64,000 bases of DNA, from NCBI GenBank assembly GCA_963766735.1, contig CAVYBU010000004.1, forward strand, positions 128,001 through 192,000, given 5' to 3'. The position numbers were made by a program, and so were the translations under genes. The stretch comes from an uncultured Chloroflexia bacterium (GTDB lineage: Bacteria; Chloroflexota; Limnocylindria; Limnocylindrales; CSP1-4). The notes below the pieces were generated by a model. That model searched no databases. It was given only the letters and a program-made list of their open reading frames with translations, and was not told the DNA's origin. This document shows, piece after piece, positions 27,280 through 37,826 of the stretch (position 1 is its first letter; every line of letters begins with the position of its first letter).

Positions 27280-28254
27280 TCAGTCCCGGTCGGCCATCGC
27301 TGCCGCAACCCGCTCCATGGCGTCCGCGCCGCCATCGAGGCCCACCAGCACCGCGACGAGGTCCAGCTTCTGCGTCGCCAGGGCGCTCCAGCCCCGTTCG
27401 TCGTACAGCTCGGCGAGCGCGAGGTGGAGGCCCGTGTCACCCGGGTCCAGGGACAGGCCGAGGTAGCAGGCGTCCAGCGCCCCGTCGACCTGGCCATCGC
27501 GCCGGTAGGCGGCAGCGAGGTCGAGCAGCCGCTCGAGGGCTGGCCCGCCGTCCTCCGCGTCGAGCGCGTCCTCGGCCAGGAGAGCGAGCGCTGCCGCGTC
27601 GACGCCGGGGTCAAGCTCTCGGTCCAGGGCACGCCGGTAGGTGACGGGCGTCGGGGGCTCCGGCGCCGATGGCCCGGCCCCGTCGTCCACAGGCAACCCA
27701 GGCTCCGCGGTGGGGGCGCCGGCATCTGGATCGGGCGCCACCGGCATCACCGCCTGGCCCTCGAGGACCAGGAGCGCCTGCTCCAGCGCGATCCGGCCAG
27801 GCTCGCCGGGCTCGGACGCACGCAGGCGATCGATCAGCCGCTCCAGCGTCCGCCGTCGGTCACGGCCCTCGGCCAGCTCCAGGCCCCGGCGCGCCGCGTC
27901 CACCGCATCGGCCAGCCTGTCCGCGGCCACTCGGGCCTCGGCCAGGGTGTCGTAGGCGTCGGCGGCCTCGGGTCGCCGGCCAAGGTCGGCCAGCGCCTGG
28001 GCGCGCCCGAGCAGGGCGACATCGTCACCCGCGGACAGGCGCAGGGCCGCGGCGAACTGGTTGAGGGCATCGGCCGGGCGATTGCGTCGCAGCAGCGCCG
28101 TCCCAGCGCTCGTGTGCGGGGTCGACCGCTCTGGGGCGATCGAGGCCGCATCGGCGTAGGCCGCCATGGCTTCCTCCAGGCGGCCCTGCAGCGAGGCCAC
28201 GTGACCGCGCCTCAGCGCATCCTTGTAGCGCTCGTAGAGAGCGTCCTCGCTCAC
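27280..28254 (-). CDS. Tetratricopeptide-repeat protein
   Basis: Repeated A...Y..A..I.P and G...EA...Y helical motifs. GGAGG SD upstream of the GTG. Confidence 0.82.
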   Translation of the reverse strand: MSEDALYERYKDALRRGHVASLQGRLEEAMAAYADAASIAPERSTPHTSAGTALLRRNRPADALNQFAAALRLSAGDDVALLGRAQALADLGRRPEAADAYDTLAEARVAADRLADAVDAARRGLELAEGRDRRRTLERLIDRLRASEPGEPGRIALEQALLVLEGQAVMPVAPDPDAGAPTAEPGLPVDDGAGPSAPEPPTPVTYRRALDRELDPGVDAAALALLAEDALDAEDGGPALERLLDLAAAYRRDGQVDGALDACYLGLSLDPGDTGLHLALAELYDERGWSALATQKLDLVAVLVGLDGGADAMERVAAAMADRD

Positions 28255-28492
28255 CTCGGTCTCGCCTCCGCCGCCCTCTGCCCGACTGCCGACAGACCGG
28301 CGGCGCCGGCCAGGTCGCGTCCGTGAGGCGAGGGGGTGCTCATCGCATCACTCTACCGGGCCGGCGGATCCCCGAACGGCACAGATGGTGGGCCGAGGTC
28401 AGGACGCCTGCCAGGATGCGAGCCAGCACCCTTGGATGCGCGTGACCGAACGCCACAGCAGCCAACGCGGCGGCAGGCCGCCGGGTGCTCCG

Positions 28493-28891
28493 CTAGCGCT
28501 TCGTGTACTGGGGGGCCTTGCGGGCGCGCTTCAGGCCGTACTTCTTGCGCTCCTTCATCCGCGGGTCGCGGGTGAGGAGGCCCGCCTGGCGCAGCGCGAG
28601 CCGGAACGAGTCGGGGTCGGACTGCAGCAGCGCGCGGGCGATGCCGTGGCGGATCGCGCCGGACTGGCCGGTGACACCGCCGCCCTCGACCTTGATCAGC
28701 GTGTTGTAGCGGCCTTCGGTCCCGGTCACCTGGAACGGGCGGAAGAGCTCTGCCTCACCCAGGATCCCTCCGAAGTGCTCCTCGGGGGTCCGCCCGTTGA
28801 TGACCATCTGGCCCTCACCGGGGATGAGACGGACACGGGCAACCGCCGTCTTGCGGCGGCCGGTGCCCCAGTAGAACGCAGGCGTCGACAT
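28493..28891 (-). CDS. rpsI: 30S protein S9
   Basis: [12 protein letters not shown] ... [19 protein letters not shown]. Confidence 0.97.
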   Translation of the reverse strand: MSTPAFYWGTGRRKTAVARVRLIPGEGQMVINGRTPEEHFGGILGEAELFRPFQVTGTEGRYNTLIKVEGGGVTGQSGAIRHGIARALLQSDPDSFRLALRQAGLLTRDPRMKERKKYGLKRARKAPQYTKR

Positions 28892-28904
28892 CAGGGCTCC
28901 TCGA

Positions 28905-29336
28905 TCAGGCGAGCGGCTCGGGCTTCTGGGCCTGGTGCGGATGATCGTTCCCCGCATAGACCTTGAGCTTCCGAAGCATCTGGGTTCCCAGGCGGTTGTG
29001 CGGCAGCATCCCCTTCACTGTCCGGCGGATGACCTCCTCCGGACGGCGGTTGAGAAGGTGACCCAGGGTCTCCTCCTTGAACCCGCCGGGGTAGCCGCTA
29101 TGGCGGGCGTAGACCTTGGTTTCCAGCTTGTTGCTGGTCACGGTGATCCGCGACGCGTTGAGCACGATGACGTGGTCACCCGTGTCCAGGTGGGCGGCGT
29201 AGGTGGGCTTGTTCTTGCCCTCGAGGACGCGCGCGATCCGCGTCGCGAGGCGGCCGAGCGTCTCGTCCGTCGCGTCGACGACGTACCAGCGTCGCTCGAT
29301 CTCGCTCTCTCGAGGCGTATAGGTCTTCGCGCTCAT
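28905..29336 (-). CDS. rplM: 50S protein L13
   Basis: WYVVDA, LGRLA, HSGYPGG, GMLP. Confidence 0.97.
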   Translation of the reverse strand: MSAKTYTPRESEIERRWYVVDATDETLGRLATRIARVLEGKNKPTYAAHLDTGDHVIVLNASRITVTSNKLETKVYARHSGYPGGFKEETLGHLLNRRPEEVIRRTVKGMLPHNRLGTQMLRKLKVYAGNDHPHQAQKPEPLA

Positions 29337-30091
29337 TCCTCGTCTTCCTTGTCTTCCACCGGCCGTCGTCCGAGGACGACGCGCCGGAGGCAGAGTCCCT
29401 TGGCCGGGGCGGCTGCTCCCTTGAGTGCCGGCTCCCGTGCGACAAGCGCCGCCCGGAGGCCCTGTTCATCCATCTTGCCCTGGCCCACCTCCAGGAGGCA
29501 GGCCACCATCCTTCGAACCTGCCCCCGCAGGAAGGCGTTCGCCCTGACGTCGATCGTCACGAGGCATCCCACCTTCCGGATCCGAACCGCGTAGACGGTC
29601 CGGACCGGAGACCGGTCCGCTCTGCCAAGGGCCGAGAAGTCGTGCCGGCCGATGAAGGCAGACCCGGCGCTCGCCATGGCGTCGATGTTCAGCGGGACCC
29701 GCAGCCAGAGCGCCGTGCGCTCGTGCAGCGGGCTGCGTGGCCCGTTCCAGACGGTGTAGCGATATTCCCGATATCGCGCCGCGTAGCGAGGGCGGAAGCC
29801 CTCCGGGACCCGTCGGATGTCACGGATCGCGACATCTCTCGGCAACCGGGCGTTGACCGCCCGCTGGAGCTCCGGGCCGGAGAGCCTGCCCCGGTAGGTG
29901 AAGGCAATCACCTGGTCCGTGGCATGGACTCCGGTATCGGTGCGTCCTGCCCCGTCGACCACCACCCGCTCGCCTTCGGAAAGGCCGGCAAGGGCGGTCT
30001 CGAGTTCTCCCTGGACCGAGCGGGCATTCTGCTGAAGCTGGAAACCCGCGAAGTCCGTCCCATCGTATTCACACCGGGCGCTGTAACGCAC
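29333..30091 (-). CDS. truA: tRNA pseudouridine(38-40) synthase
   Basis: [31 protein letters not shown]. Confidence 0.95.
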   Translation of the reverse strand: MRYSARCEYDGTDFAGFQLQQNARSVQGELETALAGLSEGERVVVDGAGRTDTGVHATDQVIAFTYRGRLSGPELQRAVNARLPRDVAIRDIRRVPEGFRPRYAARYREYRYTVWNGPRSPLHERTALWLRVPLNIDAMASAGSAFIGRHDFSALGRADRSPVRTVYAVRIRKVGCLVTIDVRANAFLRGQVRRMVACLLEVGQGKMDEQGLRAALVAREPALKGAAAPAKGLCLRRVVLGRRPVEDKEDEE

Positions 30092-30126
30092 GGCGCGCCC
30101 TCTCGGGCGCTCGACCGACGAGCCCG

Positions 30127-30480
30127 TCAGATCAGCTCGATCTGCACGATCTCGGCGGCATCGCCCTTCCGCTGGCCGATATGCACCAGGCGGGTGAACC
30201 CGGACTGGCGATCGGCGTACTTGGGGGCGATCACGTCGAACAGCTTGGTCACGACGAGCGGCTCGTTCGGAAGCTCCGAGACGACCGTCCGCCTGGCCGC
30301 GAGGTCACCGCGCTTGGCGAGCGTGATCATCCGCTCGACGTAGCCACGGATCTCCTTGGCCTTGGCCTCGGTGGTCTGCACCCGCTCGTAGCGGAGAACC
30401 GAGACCGTCAGGTTCTTGTAGAGGGCGAGGCGCGGTCCGCGCTTGCGCGAGAGCTTGCGCCCGTCGATTCGATGGGCCAT
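30127..30480 (-). CDS. rplQ: 50S protein L17
   Basis: GRKLSR, TTEAKAKE, R.GD.A. Confidence 0.96.
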   Translation of the reverse strand: MAHRIDGRKLSRKRGPRLALYKNLTVSVLRYERVQTTEAKAKEIRGYVERMITLAKRGDLAARRTVVSELPNEPLVVTKLFDVIAPKYADRQSGFTRLVHIGQRKGDAAEIVQIELI

Positions 30481-30483
30481 GGC

Positions 30484-31503
30484 TCAGGCCTCCTCGTCGC
30501 CGTCGAACGGCGCGTCAGCGTCGTCGTCGCCGTCGGGCGCGCCGTCGGGTTCCGTCTCCGAGAGGTCGGACTCGGCCTCGGGGAGGATGAAGCCGCGCAT
30601 GCGAAGGCGCTCCTTCATCTCGTCCAGCGACTTCTTGCCGAAGTTGCGCATCCGGAGGAGGTCGTCGTCCTTGAGCTGGAGCAGCTGGCCGACCTTGACG
30701 ATGTTGTTGCGCTTCAGCGAGTTGTAGGCCCGCATCGGCAGGTCCAGCTCCTCGATCGGCATGTCAAGCATGTTCGGGGGAAGCTGCGGGGCGCCCGTTG
30801 CGACCCGGTCCGGTACGACCACCTGGACACCGACAGTCACGAACGGCTGGAACTGGTGCACGAGGATGTCCGCCGAGCGCGAGAGCGCCTCCTCGGGGGT
30901 GATCGTGCCGTCGGTCTCGATCTCCAGGGTGAGCTTGTCGTAGTTGGTCATCTGGCCAACCCGCGTGCTCTCGACCCAGTAGTTGACCTTCCGGACCGGC
31001 GTGAAGATCGCGTCGACCGCGATGACGCCGATCGGCAAGGCCTCGGACCGCTCGGCTGCGAGATAGCCGACGCCGCGCTCGACGGTCAGGTCCATCTCGA
31101 TCGTCACGTCGTCCGAGTCGATCGTCATGAGGACGAGCTCGGGGTTGACGATCTCGACGTCGGCTGATTCTGCGACGTCGGCCGCGATGACGGGTCCCGC
31201 GCCGCTCTTGATGAGGCGGAGCTGGACCGGGTGGGCGGCGAAGCTCTTGATGCGGAGCTTCTTGACGTTCAGGACGATCTGGGTGACGTCTTCCTTGACG
31301 CCGGGGATCGTCGAGAACTCCTGGTAGACGTCGCGGACCTGGATGGACGTCACGGCCGCGCCCTCGAGGGACGACAGCAGCACGCGCCGGAGCGCGTTGC
31401 CGAGGGTGACGCCGTAGCCGGCCTGGAGCGGGCCTGCCTCGTACTTCGCGTACGTGCCGGCTTCCGCTACGGGCTCGATCTGCGGGGACTCGAGTTCGAT
31501 CAT
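30484..31503 (-). CDS. rpoA: RNA polymerase alpha subunit
   Basis: GYG.TLGNALRRVLLSS, DAIFTPV, RNFGKKSL. Confidence 0.97.
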   Translation of the reverse strand: MIELESPQIEPVAEAGTYAKYEAGPLQAGYGVTLGNALRRVLLSSLEGAAVTSIQVRDVYQEFSTIPGVKEDVTQIVLNVKKLRIKSFAAHPVQLRLIKSGAGPVIAADVAESADVEIVNPELVLMTIDSDDVTIEMDLTVERGVGYLAAERSEALPIGVIAVDAIFTPVRKVNYWVESTRVGQMTNYDKLTLEIETDGTITPEEALSRSADILVHQFQPFVTVGVQVVVPDRVATGAPQLPPNMLDMPIEELDLPMRAYNSLKRNNIVKVGQLLQLKDDDLLRMRNFGKKSLDEMKERLRMRGFILPEAESDLSETEPDGAPDGDDDADAPFDGDEEA

Positions 31504-31512
31504 GGAGGGCGG

Positions 31513-32139
31513 CTACCTCGAGTAGTACTCGACCACGAGCTGCTCGTTGAAGTCGAGCGGCATCTGGTCGCGACGGGGCATGGCCAGCACGGTCCCGGCG
31601 AGGTTTGCCGCGTCGAGGCTCAGCCAGTCCGGTGCCTGATGGTTGCGGAGGGTCTCCTTGGCGACCTTGAACAGCTCTCGCTCGCGGTGCGACGTGCGCA
31701 CCTCGACCTTGTCGCCGATCTTGAGGCGGTAGGAGGCGATGTCCGTCGGGACACCGTTTACAGCAAAGTGGCCGTGGTTCACCATCTGCCGCGCGGCGGG
31801 CCGCGAGGGGGCGAACCCGAGCCGGAAGACGACGTTGTCCATGCGCTGCTCAAGCGAGCGCAGGAGGGCTTCGCCGGTCACGCCGTGTTGGCGGGTGGCC
31901 TCGACGAAGTAGTTGCGGAACTGCTTCTCGAGGACGCCGTAGACGCGTCGCACCTTCTGCTTCTCACGAAGCTGGAGGCCGTAGTCGCCAACCTTGCGGC
32001 GGCGGACGCCGTGCTGGCCCGGCGGCGTGGGACGCCGCTCGAAGGAGCACTTCTTGGTATAGCAGCGACTGCCCTTGAGGAAGAGCTTCAGCCCTTCGCG
32101 GCGGCAGAGCCGGCAGACGGGATCGGTGTAACGGGCCAT
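31513..32139 (-). CDS. rpsD: 30S protein S4 (Zn-binding type)
   Basis: MARY...CRLCRREG, PGQHG, QL.EKQK, VEYYSR. Confidence 0.97.
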   Translation of the reverse strand: MARYTDPVCRLCRREGLKLFLKGSRCYTKKCSFERRPTPPGQHGVRRRKVGDYGLQLREKQKVRRVYGVLEKQFRNYFVEATRQHGVTGEALLRSLEQRMDNVVFRLGFAPSRPAARQMVNHGHFAVNGVPTDIASYRLKIGDKVEVRTSHRERELFKVAKETLRNHQAPDWLSLDAANLAGTVLAMPRRDQMPLDFNEQLVVEYYSR

Positions 32140-32152
32140 GTTCTCTCGGTAC

Positions 32153-32548
32153 TCAGACGCGGCGCCGCTTGGGCGGGCGGCATCCGTTGTGAGGAATGGG
32201 CGTGACGTCGGTGATCGCGCTCACCTCGAGGCCGGCTGCCTGGAGCGACCGGATGGCCTGCTCTCGGCCAGCGCCGGGTCCCTTGACGTAGACCTCGACC
32301 TGGCGCATGCCGTGCTCCATCGCGCGTCGCGCGGCACCGTCCGCGGCGAGCGCGGCGGCATACGGCGTGCTCTTCCGGGAGCCCTTGAACCCGGCGATGC
32401 CAGCAGAACCCCACGCGATGACGTTCCCGGTCAGGTCCGTGATCGTCACGATCGTGTTGTTGAAGCTCGCCAGAATGTGGACGTGTCCCTGCGGAACGTT
32501 CTTCCGCTCCCGGCGCCGCTGCTTGACGGCGCGCTTTCGATCGGCCAT
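32153..32548 (-). CDS. rpsK: 30S protein S11
   Basis: [32 protein letters not shown]. Confidence 0.97.
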   Translation of the reverse strand: MADRKRAVKQRRRERKNVPQGHVHILASFNNTIVTITDLTGNVIAWGSAGIAGFKGSRKSTPYAAALAADGAARRAMEHGMRQVEVYVKGPGAGREQAIRSLQAAGLEVSAITDVTPIPHNGCRPPKRRRV

Positions 32549-32565
32549 GCCTTAGCGGTTCCTCG

Positions 32566-32940
32566 TCACTTCATCTTCTTCCGGGCGCCGACCGTCTTCT
32601 TGGGTCCCCGGCGCTGGCGGGCGTTGGTCTTGGTGCGCTGTCCGCGCACCGGGAGGTTGCGACGGTGTCGGAGGCCCCGGTATGACCCGATCTCGATGAG
32701 GCGCTTGATGTTCAGCGCCACCTCGCGACGGAGGTCGCCCTCAACCTTGTACGTGCGGTCGATGACCTCTCGGAGCCGGTTCACCTGGTCTTCCGTCAGG
32801 TCCCGCACGCGTGTGTCCGGGTTGACGCTCGTCTGCTTCAGGATCTTCTGGCTGGATGACAGCCCGACCCCGTAGACATAGGTAAGGGCAATCTCCACGC
32901 GCTTCTCGCGCGGGATGTCGATGCCCGCAATTCGTGCCAT
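32566..32940 (-). CDS. rpsM: 30S protein S13
   Basis: [29 protein letters not shown]. Confidence 0.97.
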   Translation of the reverse strand: MARIAGIDIPREKRVEIALTYVYGVGLSSSQKILKQTSVNPDTRVRDLTEDQVNRLREVIDRTYKVEGDLRREVALNIKRLIEIGSYRGLRHRRNLPVRGQRTKTNARQRRGPKKTVGARKKMK

Positions 32941-32944
32941 AGGG

Positions 32945-33058
32945 TCAGCCCTGCCGCTGCTTGTGCTTGGGATTCGCGCAGATCACCATCACGGTGCCGT
33001 GGCGCCGGATGACCTTGCAGTTGTCACACCGCGTCTTGACGGACGCTCTGACCTTCAC
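32945..33058 (-). CDS. rpmJ: 50S protein L36 (37 aa)
   Basis: Manual translation: [37 protein letters not shown]. Confidence 0.96.
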   Translation of the reverse strand: MKVRASVKTRCDNCKVIRRHGTVMVICANPKHKQRQG

Positions 33059-33070
33059 CGGGTTCCTCGA

Positions 33071-33289
33071 TTACTTCAGGCGGTAGGTAATTCGACCCCG
33101 AGTGAGGTCGTAGGGAGAAAGCTCGACGCGGACCCGATCTCCGGGCAGGATCCGGATGAAGTTCATCCGAAGCTTCCCGCTGATGTGTGCGAGAACGCGA
33201 TGGCCGTTCTCAAGCTCCACCGCGAACATCGTATTCGGCAGCGGCTCGATCACGGTTCCTTCGACTTCTATCGCGTCCTTCTTGGCCAA
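33071..33289 (-). CDS. infA: Translation initiation factor IF-1
   Basis: TTG start; [29 protein letters not shown]. Confidence 0.97.
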   Translation of the reverse strand: MAKKDAIEVEGTVIEPLPNTMFAVELENGHRVLAHISGKLRMNFIRILPGDRVRVELSPYDLTRGRITYRLK

Positions 33290-33317
33290 CCTTGCTCCCT
33301 GGTCCTTCTCAGCACGA

Positions 33318-33361
33318 GTGTCGGCCCGGCATGGGCCGACACACGAACGCTGAGGATATCA
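33318..33361 (-). promoter_or_regulatory. Putative internal promoter (extended -10) and 5'-UTR hairpin upstream of infA
   Basis: TGaTATCCT (33361-33353) followed by the hairpin gtgtcggccc-N5-gggccgacac. Confidence 0.45.
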
Positions 33362-33389
33362 AAGATGCCCCGATCCGACAACACATCTC

Positions 33390-34190
33390 TCACCCCACAA
33401 CAGTCGTGAGGATCCGGGGGCCGTCGGTGGTGATCGCGATGGTGTGCTCGAAGTGGGCCGCCAGCGACCGATCGGCCGTCACGACGGTCCAGCGGTCAGC
33501 GAGCGTGCGGGTCGCTTCGTCACCGATGACGAGCATCGGCTCGATGGCCAGGCAGTGGCCGGGCAACAGCTTCATGCCGGCGTCACGGGTCCGGAAGTTG
33601 AGGATGTGGGGCGGCTCGTGCATCGAGGCGCCGATGCCGTGCCCACCGTAGCCGCGCACGATCCCGTACCCGCCGGCAACGGCCACGTCCTCCACAGCGG
33701 CGGAGATGTCGCCGATCCGGTTGCCCGGGTCGGCCGCAGCGATGCCGGCCATCAGCGACAGGCGCGTCGTCTGGACCAGCTTGACCGCCTCGGGCGTCCC
33801 GGCGGCCTCACCACCGCAGATGAACGTGCGTGCCCCGTCGCCGTGCCAGCCGTCGAAGATGACTCCGACGTCGACCGACACGATCTGGCCGGAACGGATC
33901 TCTCGGTCGCCCGGGATGCCGTGGACGATCTCGTGGTCGATGGAGATGCAGGTTGACGCTGGATACGCGAGCGGGTTGCCGGGGTCATAGCTGCCGTTGG
34001 TCGCCATGTACCCCACGAAGGACGGGATCCCACCCGCGGCGCGGATATGGGCGCCGGCGAGACGATCGAGCTCCGCGGTGGAGACCCCCGGCCTGAGGGA
34101 CTCCTCCACGAGCGCCAGGACCTCCGCGACGATCCGGCCGGCCGATCGCATCTTCGCGATCTGGTCCATCGACTTGGTGGTGATCTGCAT
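33390..34190 (-). CDS. map: Methionine aminopeptidase type I
   Basis: CIS...IVHGIP, D.G...DG..GD, GHGIG..MHE.P, IEPM, AHFEHT. Confidence 0.96.
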   Translation of the reverse strand: MQITTKSMDQIAKMRSAGRIVAEVLALVEESLRPGVSTAELDRLAGAHIRAAGGIPSFVGYMATNGSYDPGNPLAYPASTCISIDHEIVHGIPGDREIRSGQIVSVDVGVIFDGWHGDGARTFICGGEAAGTPEAVKLVQTTRLSLMAGIAAADPGNRIGDISAAVEDVAVAGGYGIVRGYGGHGIGASMHEPPHILNFRTRDAGMKLLPGHCLAIEPMLVIGDEATRTLADRWTVVTADRSLAAHFEHTIAITTDGPRILTTVVG

Positions 34191-34882
34191 CAGCCGGCCA
34201 GGGGCTCCCCGGGCGTCCCGGCGGCACGAATGCCCGCCTCGTCCAGCGTGGCGTTGATGGCCTCGGCGACCTCGCTGATCCCCTGGAGGCCGTCTACGGT
34301 GCGCAGGACACCGGACGCCCGGTAGTGATCGATCACCTCGGCAAGCGCGTCCAGCTGCAGGTCCATGCGGGCACGGATGGTGTCCGGCTGGTCGTCGGCG
34401 CGCTGGTACAGCTCCGAGCCGTCGAGGTCACAGGCACCCGCGACGCGTGGCGGGCTGGAGACGTCATGGTGCGGGTGTCCAGCCGCCCTGCAGACCCACC
34501 GGCCCGACATGCGTCGGACCAGCTCGTCGCGCGGGACGTTCACGAGGACGGCGGCGCCGACGCGGGCGTCGCGCTGGGCGAGCTCGCGGTCCAGCGCCGA
34601 TGCCTGGACCCCGGTGCGCGGGAACCCGTCGAGGATGACCCCCGCGGTCGCGTCCGGCTTGCCCAGCCGGTCCAGCAGGAGCCGGACCGTGATCTCGTCG
34701 GGAACGAGCTGGCCGGCGTCCATGTGGCGGCGCGCTTCCTGGCCCACGGCCGTTCCGTCGCGCACGGCTGCTCGAAACAGGTCTCCGGTGGCCACGACCG
34801 GAATGCCGAGGCGGGTTGCGAGCAACGGAGCCTGGGTTCCCTTCCCGGCGCCGGGGGCGCCGAGGAGGACAACCACGTTCAT
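34190..34882 (-). CDS. adk: Adenylate kinase
   Basis: GAPGAGKGTQ, LDGFPRT, LYQR.DD. Confidence 0.96.
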   Translation of the reverse strand: MNVVVLLGAPGAGKGTQAPLLATRLGIPVVATGDLFRAAVRDGTAVGQEARRHMDAGQLVPDEITVRLLLDRLGKPDATAGVILDGFPRTGVQASALDRELAQRDARVGAAVLVNVPRDELVRRMSGRWVCRAAGHPHHDVSSPPRVAGACDLDGSELYQRADDQPDTIRARMDLQLDALAEVIDHYRASGVLRTVDGLQGISEVAEAINATLDEAGIRAAGTPGEPLAG

Positions 34883-36156
34883 TTGATGAAGCCCTCGTAT
34901 TGGCGGATGAGCAGCTGGGCCTCGAGCTGCTTCATCGTCTCGACGACGACCGAGACCACGATCAGGACGCCCGTGCCACCCAGCGCCATGCCGGCGAACT
35001 GCGGCAGGACCAGGCCGATGAAGGGGGGCAGGGCGGCGACGGTGCCGAGGAACAGGGCGCCGGCAACCGTGATCCGCGTGACCACCCTGGCCAGGTAGTC
35101 CTGCGTGGGACGGCCCGGGCGGATGCCGGGGATGAAGCCGCCATTCTTGCGCAGCTGCTCTGCCGTCTCATCCGGCTTGAACGTGAACGCGGTGTAGAAG
35201 TACGTGAAGCCGACGGTCAGCAGGAAGTAGAGGGCTACGTAGAGCCAGGATCCCTGGCTGAGCCAGCTCACCACTCCGGTCGCGATGTCCCCGATCAGGC
35301 CGGGCGAGCTCGTGAAGTAGCTCGCGATCTGGCTCGGGAACAGAAGGATGCTAACCGCGAAGATGATCGGGATCACGCCGGCCTGGTTGACCCGGAGCGG
35401 CAGGAATGTCTGCCCGCCCTGGTACATGCGCCGGCCCCGCACGCGCGAGGCGTACTGGATTGGGATGCGGCGCTGGCCTTCCTGGATGTAGATGATCACC
35501 GCAACCGCCAGGATCGCGAGGATGCCGAACAGGACGAGCCGGGCGAGATCGGGGTTGTCGAGGAAGCCGGTGAGGGCCGCGGGTACGCGACTCACGATGC
35601 CCGCGAAGATGATGAAGCTGATGCCGTTGCCGATGCCCTTTTCGGTAATCAGCTCGCCCAGCCACATCAGGACGACGGAACCCGCGGTGAGGGTGACGAT
35701 CTGGGTGATGGTCTCCCAGCTGCCGAGGTCGAACGGCGTCGCCAGGACGCGGTTCGCGTTGAGCAGCGCCAGGAAGCCGTAGGACTGCAGGAGTGCCAGC
35801 GGCACCGCCAGGTACCGGGTGTACTGGTTGATCTTGGTGCGCCCGTATTCGCCCTCGCGCTGGAGGTTCTGCAGCGACGGGACCACGCCCGTCATCAGCT
35901 GCATGATGATCGAGGCGTTGATGTACGGGTTGACGCCCAGCGCCACGACCGAGAAGTTCGACAGGCCACCGCCCGAGAACAGGTCGAGCAGCCCGAAGAT
36001 CGGGCTGTCCTGCAGGAACACCCGGAGCTGCTCCCGGTCCACGCCCGGAACCGGCACGTGCGCCAGCAACCGGAAGACAAGCAGGATGAACGCGACGTAC
36101 AGGATCCGGCGCCGGAGGTCCGGCGCCCGGAACGCGTTGAGCAGGGCCTCGAACAC
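34879..36156 (-). CDS. secY: Preprotein translocase SecY
   Basis: ALGV.PYINASII.QL, GIGNGIS.IIFAGI, GVIPIIFA, IPGIRPG. Confidence 0.97.
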   Translation of the reverse strand: MFEALLNAFRAPDLRRRILYVAFILLVFRLLAHVPVPGVDREQLRVFLQDSPIFGLLDLFSGGGLSNFSVVALGVNPYINASIIMQLMTGVVPSLQNLQREGEYGRTKINQYTRYLAVPLALLQSYGFLALLNANRVLATPFDLGSWETITQIVTLTAGSVVLMWLGELITEKGIGNGISFIIFAGIVSRVPAALTGFLDNPDLARLVLFGILAILAVAVIIYIQEGQRRIPIQYASRVRGRRMYQGGQTFLPLRVNQAGVIPIIFAVSILLFPSQIASYFTSSPGLIGDIATGVVSWLSQGSWLYVALYFLLTVGFTYFYTAFTFKPDETAEQLRKNGGFIPGIRPGRPTQDYLARVVTRITVAGALFLGTVAALPPFIGLVLPQFAGMALGGTGVLIVVSVVVETMKQLEAQLLIRQYEGFIK

Positions 36157-36162
36157 GGGTGC

Positions 36163-36702
36163 CTAGCCGTTGCCGGTAGCGTCGGCCGCCGGCTCGATCC
36201 CGAGGGCGGCAAGAGGCGAGCTCGGGATCTCGATCACCTGGGCCGTGCCACCGGCCGCCTCGATCTTCTCGCGGGCGCTCTTCGTGAAGGCATCTGCCAG
36301 CACGAACAGCTTCGCGTCGACCTCACCGTGGCCGAGGACCTTGAGCGGGAGGCGATCACGACGCACCAGGCCGGCAGCCTTCAGGGTGTCGGGGTTGACC
36401 GTGACCGGCGCGCCCTTCTCCTGGTGCAGCTTGCCCGAGACGATCGCGGCGCTGATCGCGCCGACGTTGACCACCTCGTACTCGATGTCGTTGATGTTGC
36501 GGAAGCCGCGCAGCTTCGGGATCCGGATGTGAAGGGGCGTCTGGCCACCCTCGAACCACGCCGGGATCGAAGCACCGGCGCGCGACTTCTGGCCCTTGGT
36601 TCCTCGACCCGCGGTCTTGCCCTTGCCTGCGGCGATGCCGCGTCCAACGCGGGTCCGCTTCTTGGTCGAGCCCTCTGCGGGGTGGAGGTCGTGGATCTTC
36701 AT
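36163..36702 (-). CDS. rplO: 50S protein L15
   Basis: RVGRG...GKGKTAGRG.KGQ.SR, FEGGQTPL, KIEAAGG. Confidence 0.96.
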   Translation of the reverse strand: MKIHDLHPAEGSTKKRTRVGRGIAAGKGKTAGRGTKGQKSRAGASIPAWFEGGQTPLHIRIPKLRGFRNINDIEYEVVNVGAISAAIVSGKLHQEKGAPVTVNPDTLKAAGLVRRDRLPLKVLGHGEVDAKLFVLADAFTKSAREKIEAAGGTAQVIEIPSSPLAALGIEPAADATGNG

Positions 36703-36920
36703 CAGTTGGTCTCCGGGGTCGTCGCGTCCGCGCCCTCGGGGAGCTCCTCGAAGGTGACCAGGAACCGGACCTGGCGGACCATGCCCCGGACGGCGGGGTT
36801 GTCCGGCAGGATCGACGTGCTGCCGATGCCGTGCAGGCCCAGGGCGCGGATCGTCGCCCGGTTCCGGGCGATGTGGCTGATCGTGCTCTTGGTCTGGGTG
36901 ACGCGGAGCCTAGCGGCCAT
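36702..36920 (-). CDS. rpmD: 50S protein L30
   Basis: LRVTQ.KS.I, T..ALGL, PAVRGM. Confidence 0.94.
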   Translation of the reverse strand: MAARLRVTQTKSTISHIARNRATIRALGLHGIGSTSILPDNPAVRGMVRQVRFLVTFEELPEGADATTPETN

Positions 36921-37449
36921 CGGCCACCTCCTGCGCGGCAGCCGGCTGGCCGGGCACGACGAGGCGGATCTTCACGCCACGCTGGCGGGCAACCTCCTCG
37001 ACAGACCTGAGGCTGGTGAGCGCGTTGATCGTCGCCCTGGTCACGTTCACGGGGTTGGTGGACCCGTGGATCTTGGACAGGATGTCGCGGATACCCGCCG
37101 CTTCGACGACGGCGCGGACGGCGCCGCCGGCGATCACGCCGGTTCCCTTGGAGGCCGGCTTGAGCATCACGCGCGCGGCGGCGTACTCCTCGCGGACCTC
37201 GTGCGGGATCGTGGTCCCGACCATCGGGACGCGCACGACGTTCTTCTTCGCGTCCTCGACACCCTTGCGGATGGACTCGGGCACGTCGCCGGCCTTGCCG
37301 ATGCCGACGCCGACGTGGCCGTTGCCGTCACCCACGACGATGACCGCCGAGAACGAGAAGCGCCGGCCGCCCTTGTGAACCTTGGCGACGCGGTTGATCT
37401 GGACGACGCGCTCCTCGAGCGCGAGCTTGTTGGGGTCGATACGGGCCAC
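36910..37449 (-). CDS. rpsE: 30S protein S5
   Basis: GTG at 37449; [24 protein letters not shown]. Confidence 0.96.
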   Translation of the reverse strand: MARIDPNKLALEERVVQINRVAKVHKGGRRFSFSAVIVVGDGNGHVGVGIGKAGDVPESIRKGVEDAKKNVVRVPMVGTTIPHEVREEYAAARVMLKPASKGTGVIAGGAVRAVVEAAGIRDILSKIHGSTNPVNVTRATINALTSLRSVEEVARQRGVKIRLVVPGQPAAAQEVADGR

Positions 37450-37460
37450 AGGGTGTCCTC

Positions 37461-37824
37461 TCAGAAGTCGAGGCCGGCTTCGCGAGCCGCCTCGGCGAGC
37501 GAGCGAACCCGCCCGTGGTAGTGGAACCCCGCCCGGTCGAAGACCACCTTTTCCACGCCGACCGCCTTCGCGCGCTCCGCCACGAGCTGGCCGACGCGCT
37601 TGGCATCGGCCGTCTTCGTGCCCTCGGCGCCACGGAGGCCGTGAGTCGAGCGAGGACGCCGCGGCCAGGGTCTGGCCGCTGGTGTCGTCGATGACCTGGG
37701 CGTAGATGTGGTTCAGGCTGCGGAACACCGCGAGGCGCGGCCGCGAGGCCGTCCCCGCGAGGCGGAGGCGGATGCGCTCGTGGCGCTTGGTGCGCGACGC
37801 GGAGCGGGTCGTGAGCTTGGTCAT
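37461..37824 (-). CDS. rplR: 50S protein L18, interrupted by an apparent +1 frameshift near 37641
   Basis: The N-terminal half ([18 protein letters not shown]...TLAAAS) and C-terminal half ([10 protein letters not shown]....[24 protein letters not shown]) are in different frames. The span is 364 nt, which is 3n+1. Confidence 0.9.
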
Positions 37825-37826
37825 GG

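Noticed and set aside
36910-37824. A genuine L18-S5 fusion gene
   Set aside because: The linker is the out-of-frame L18 C-terminal half, and rpsE has its own SD and GTG. Recorded instead as a probable indel.
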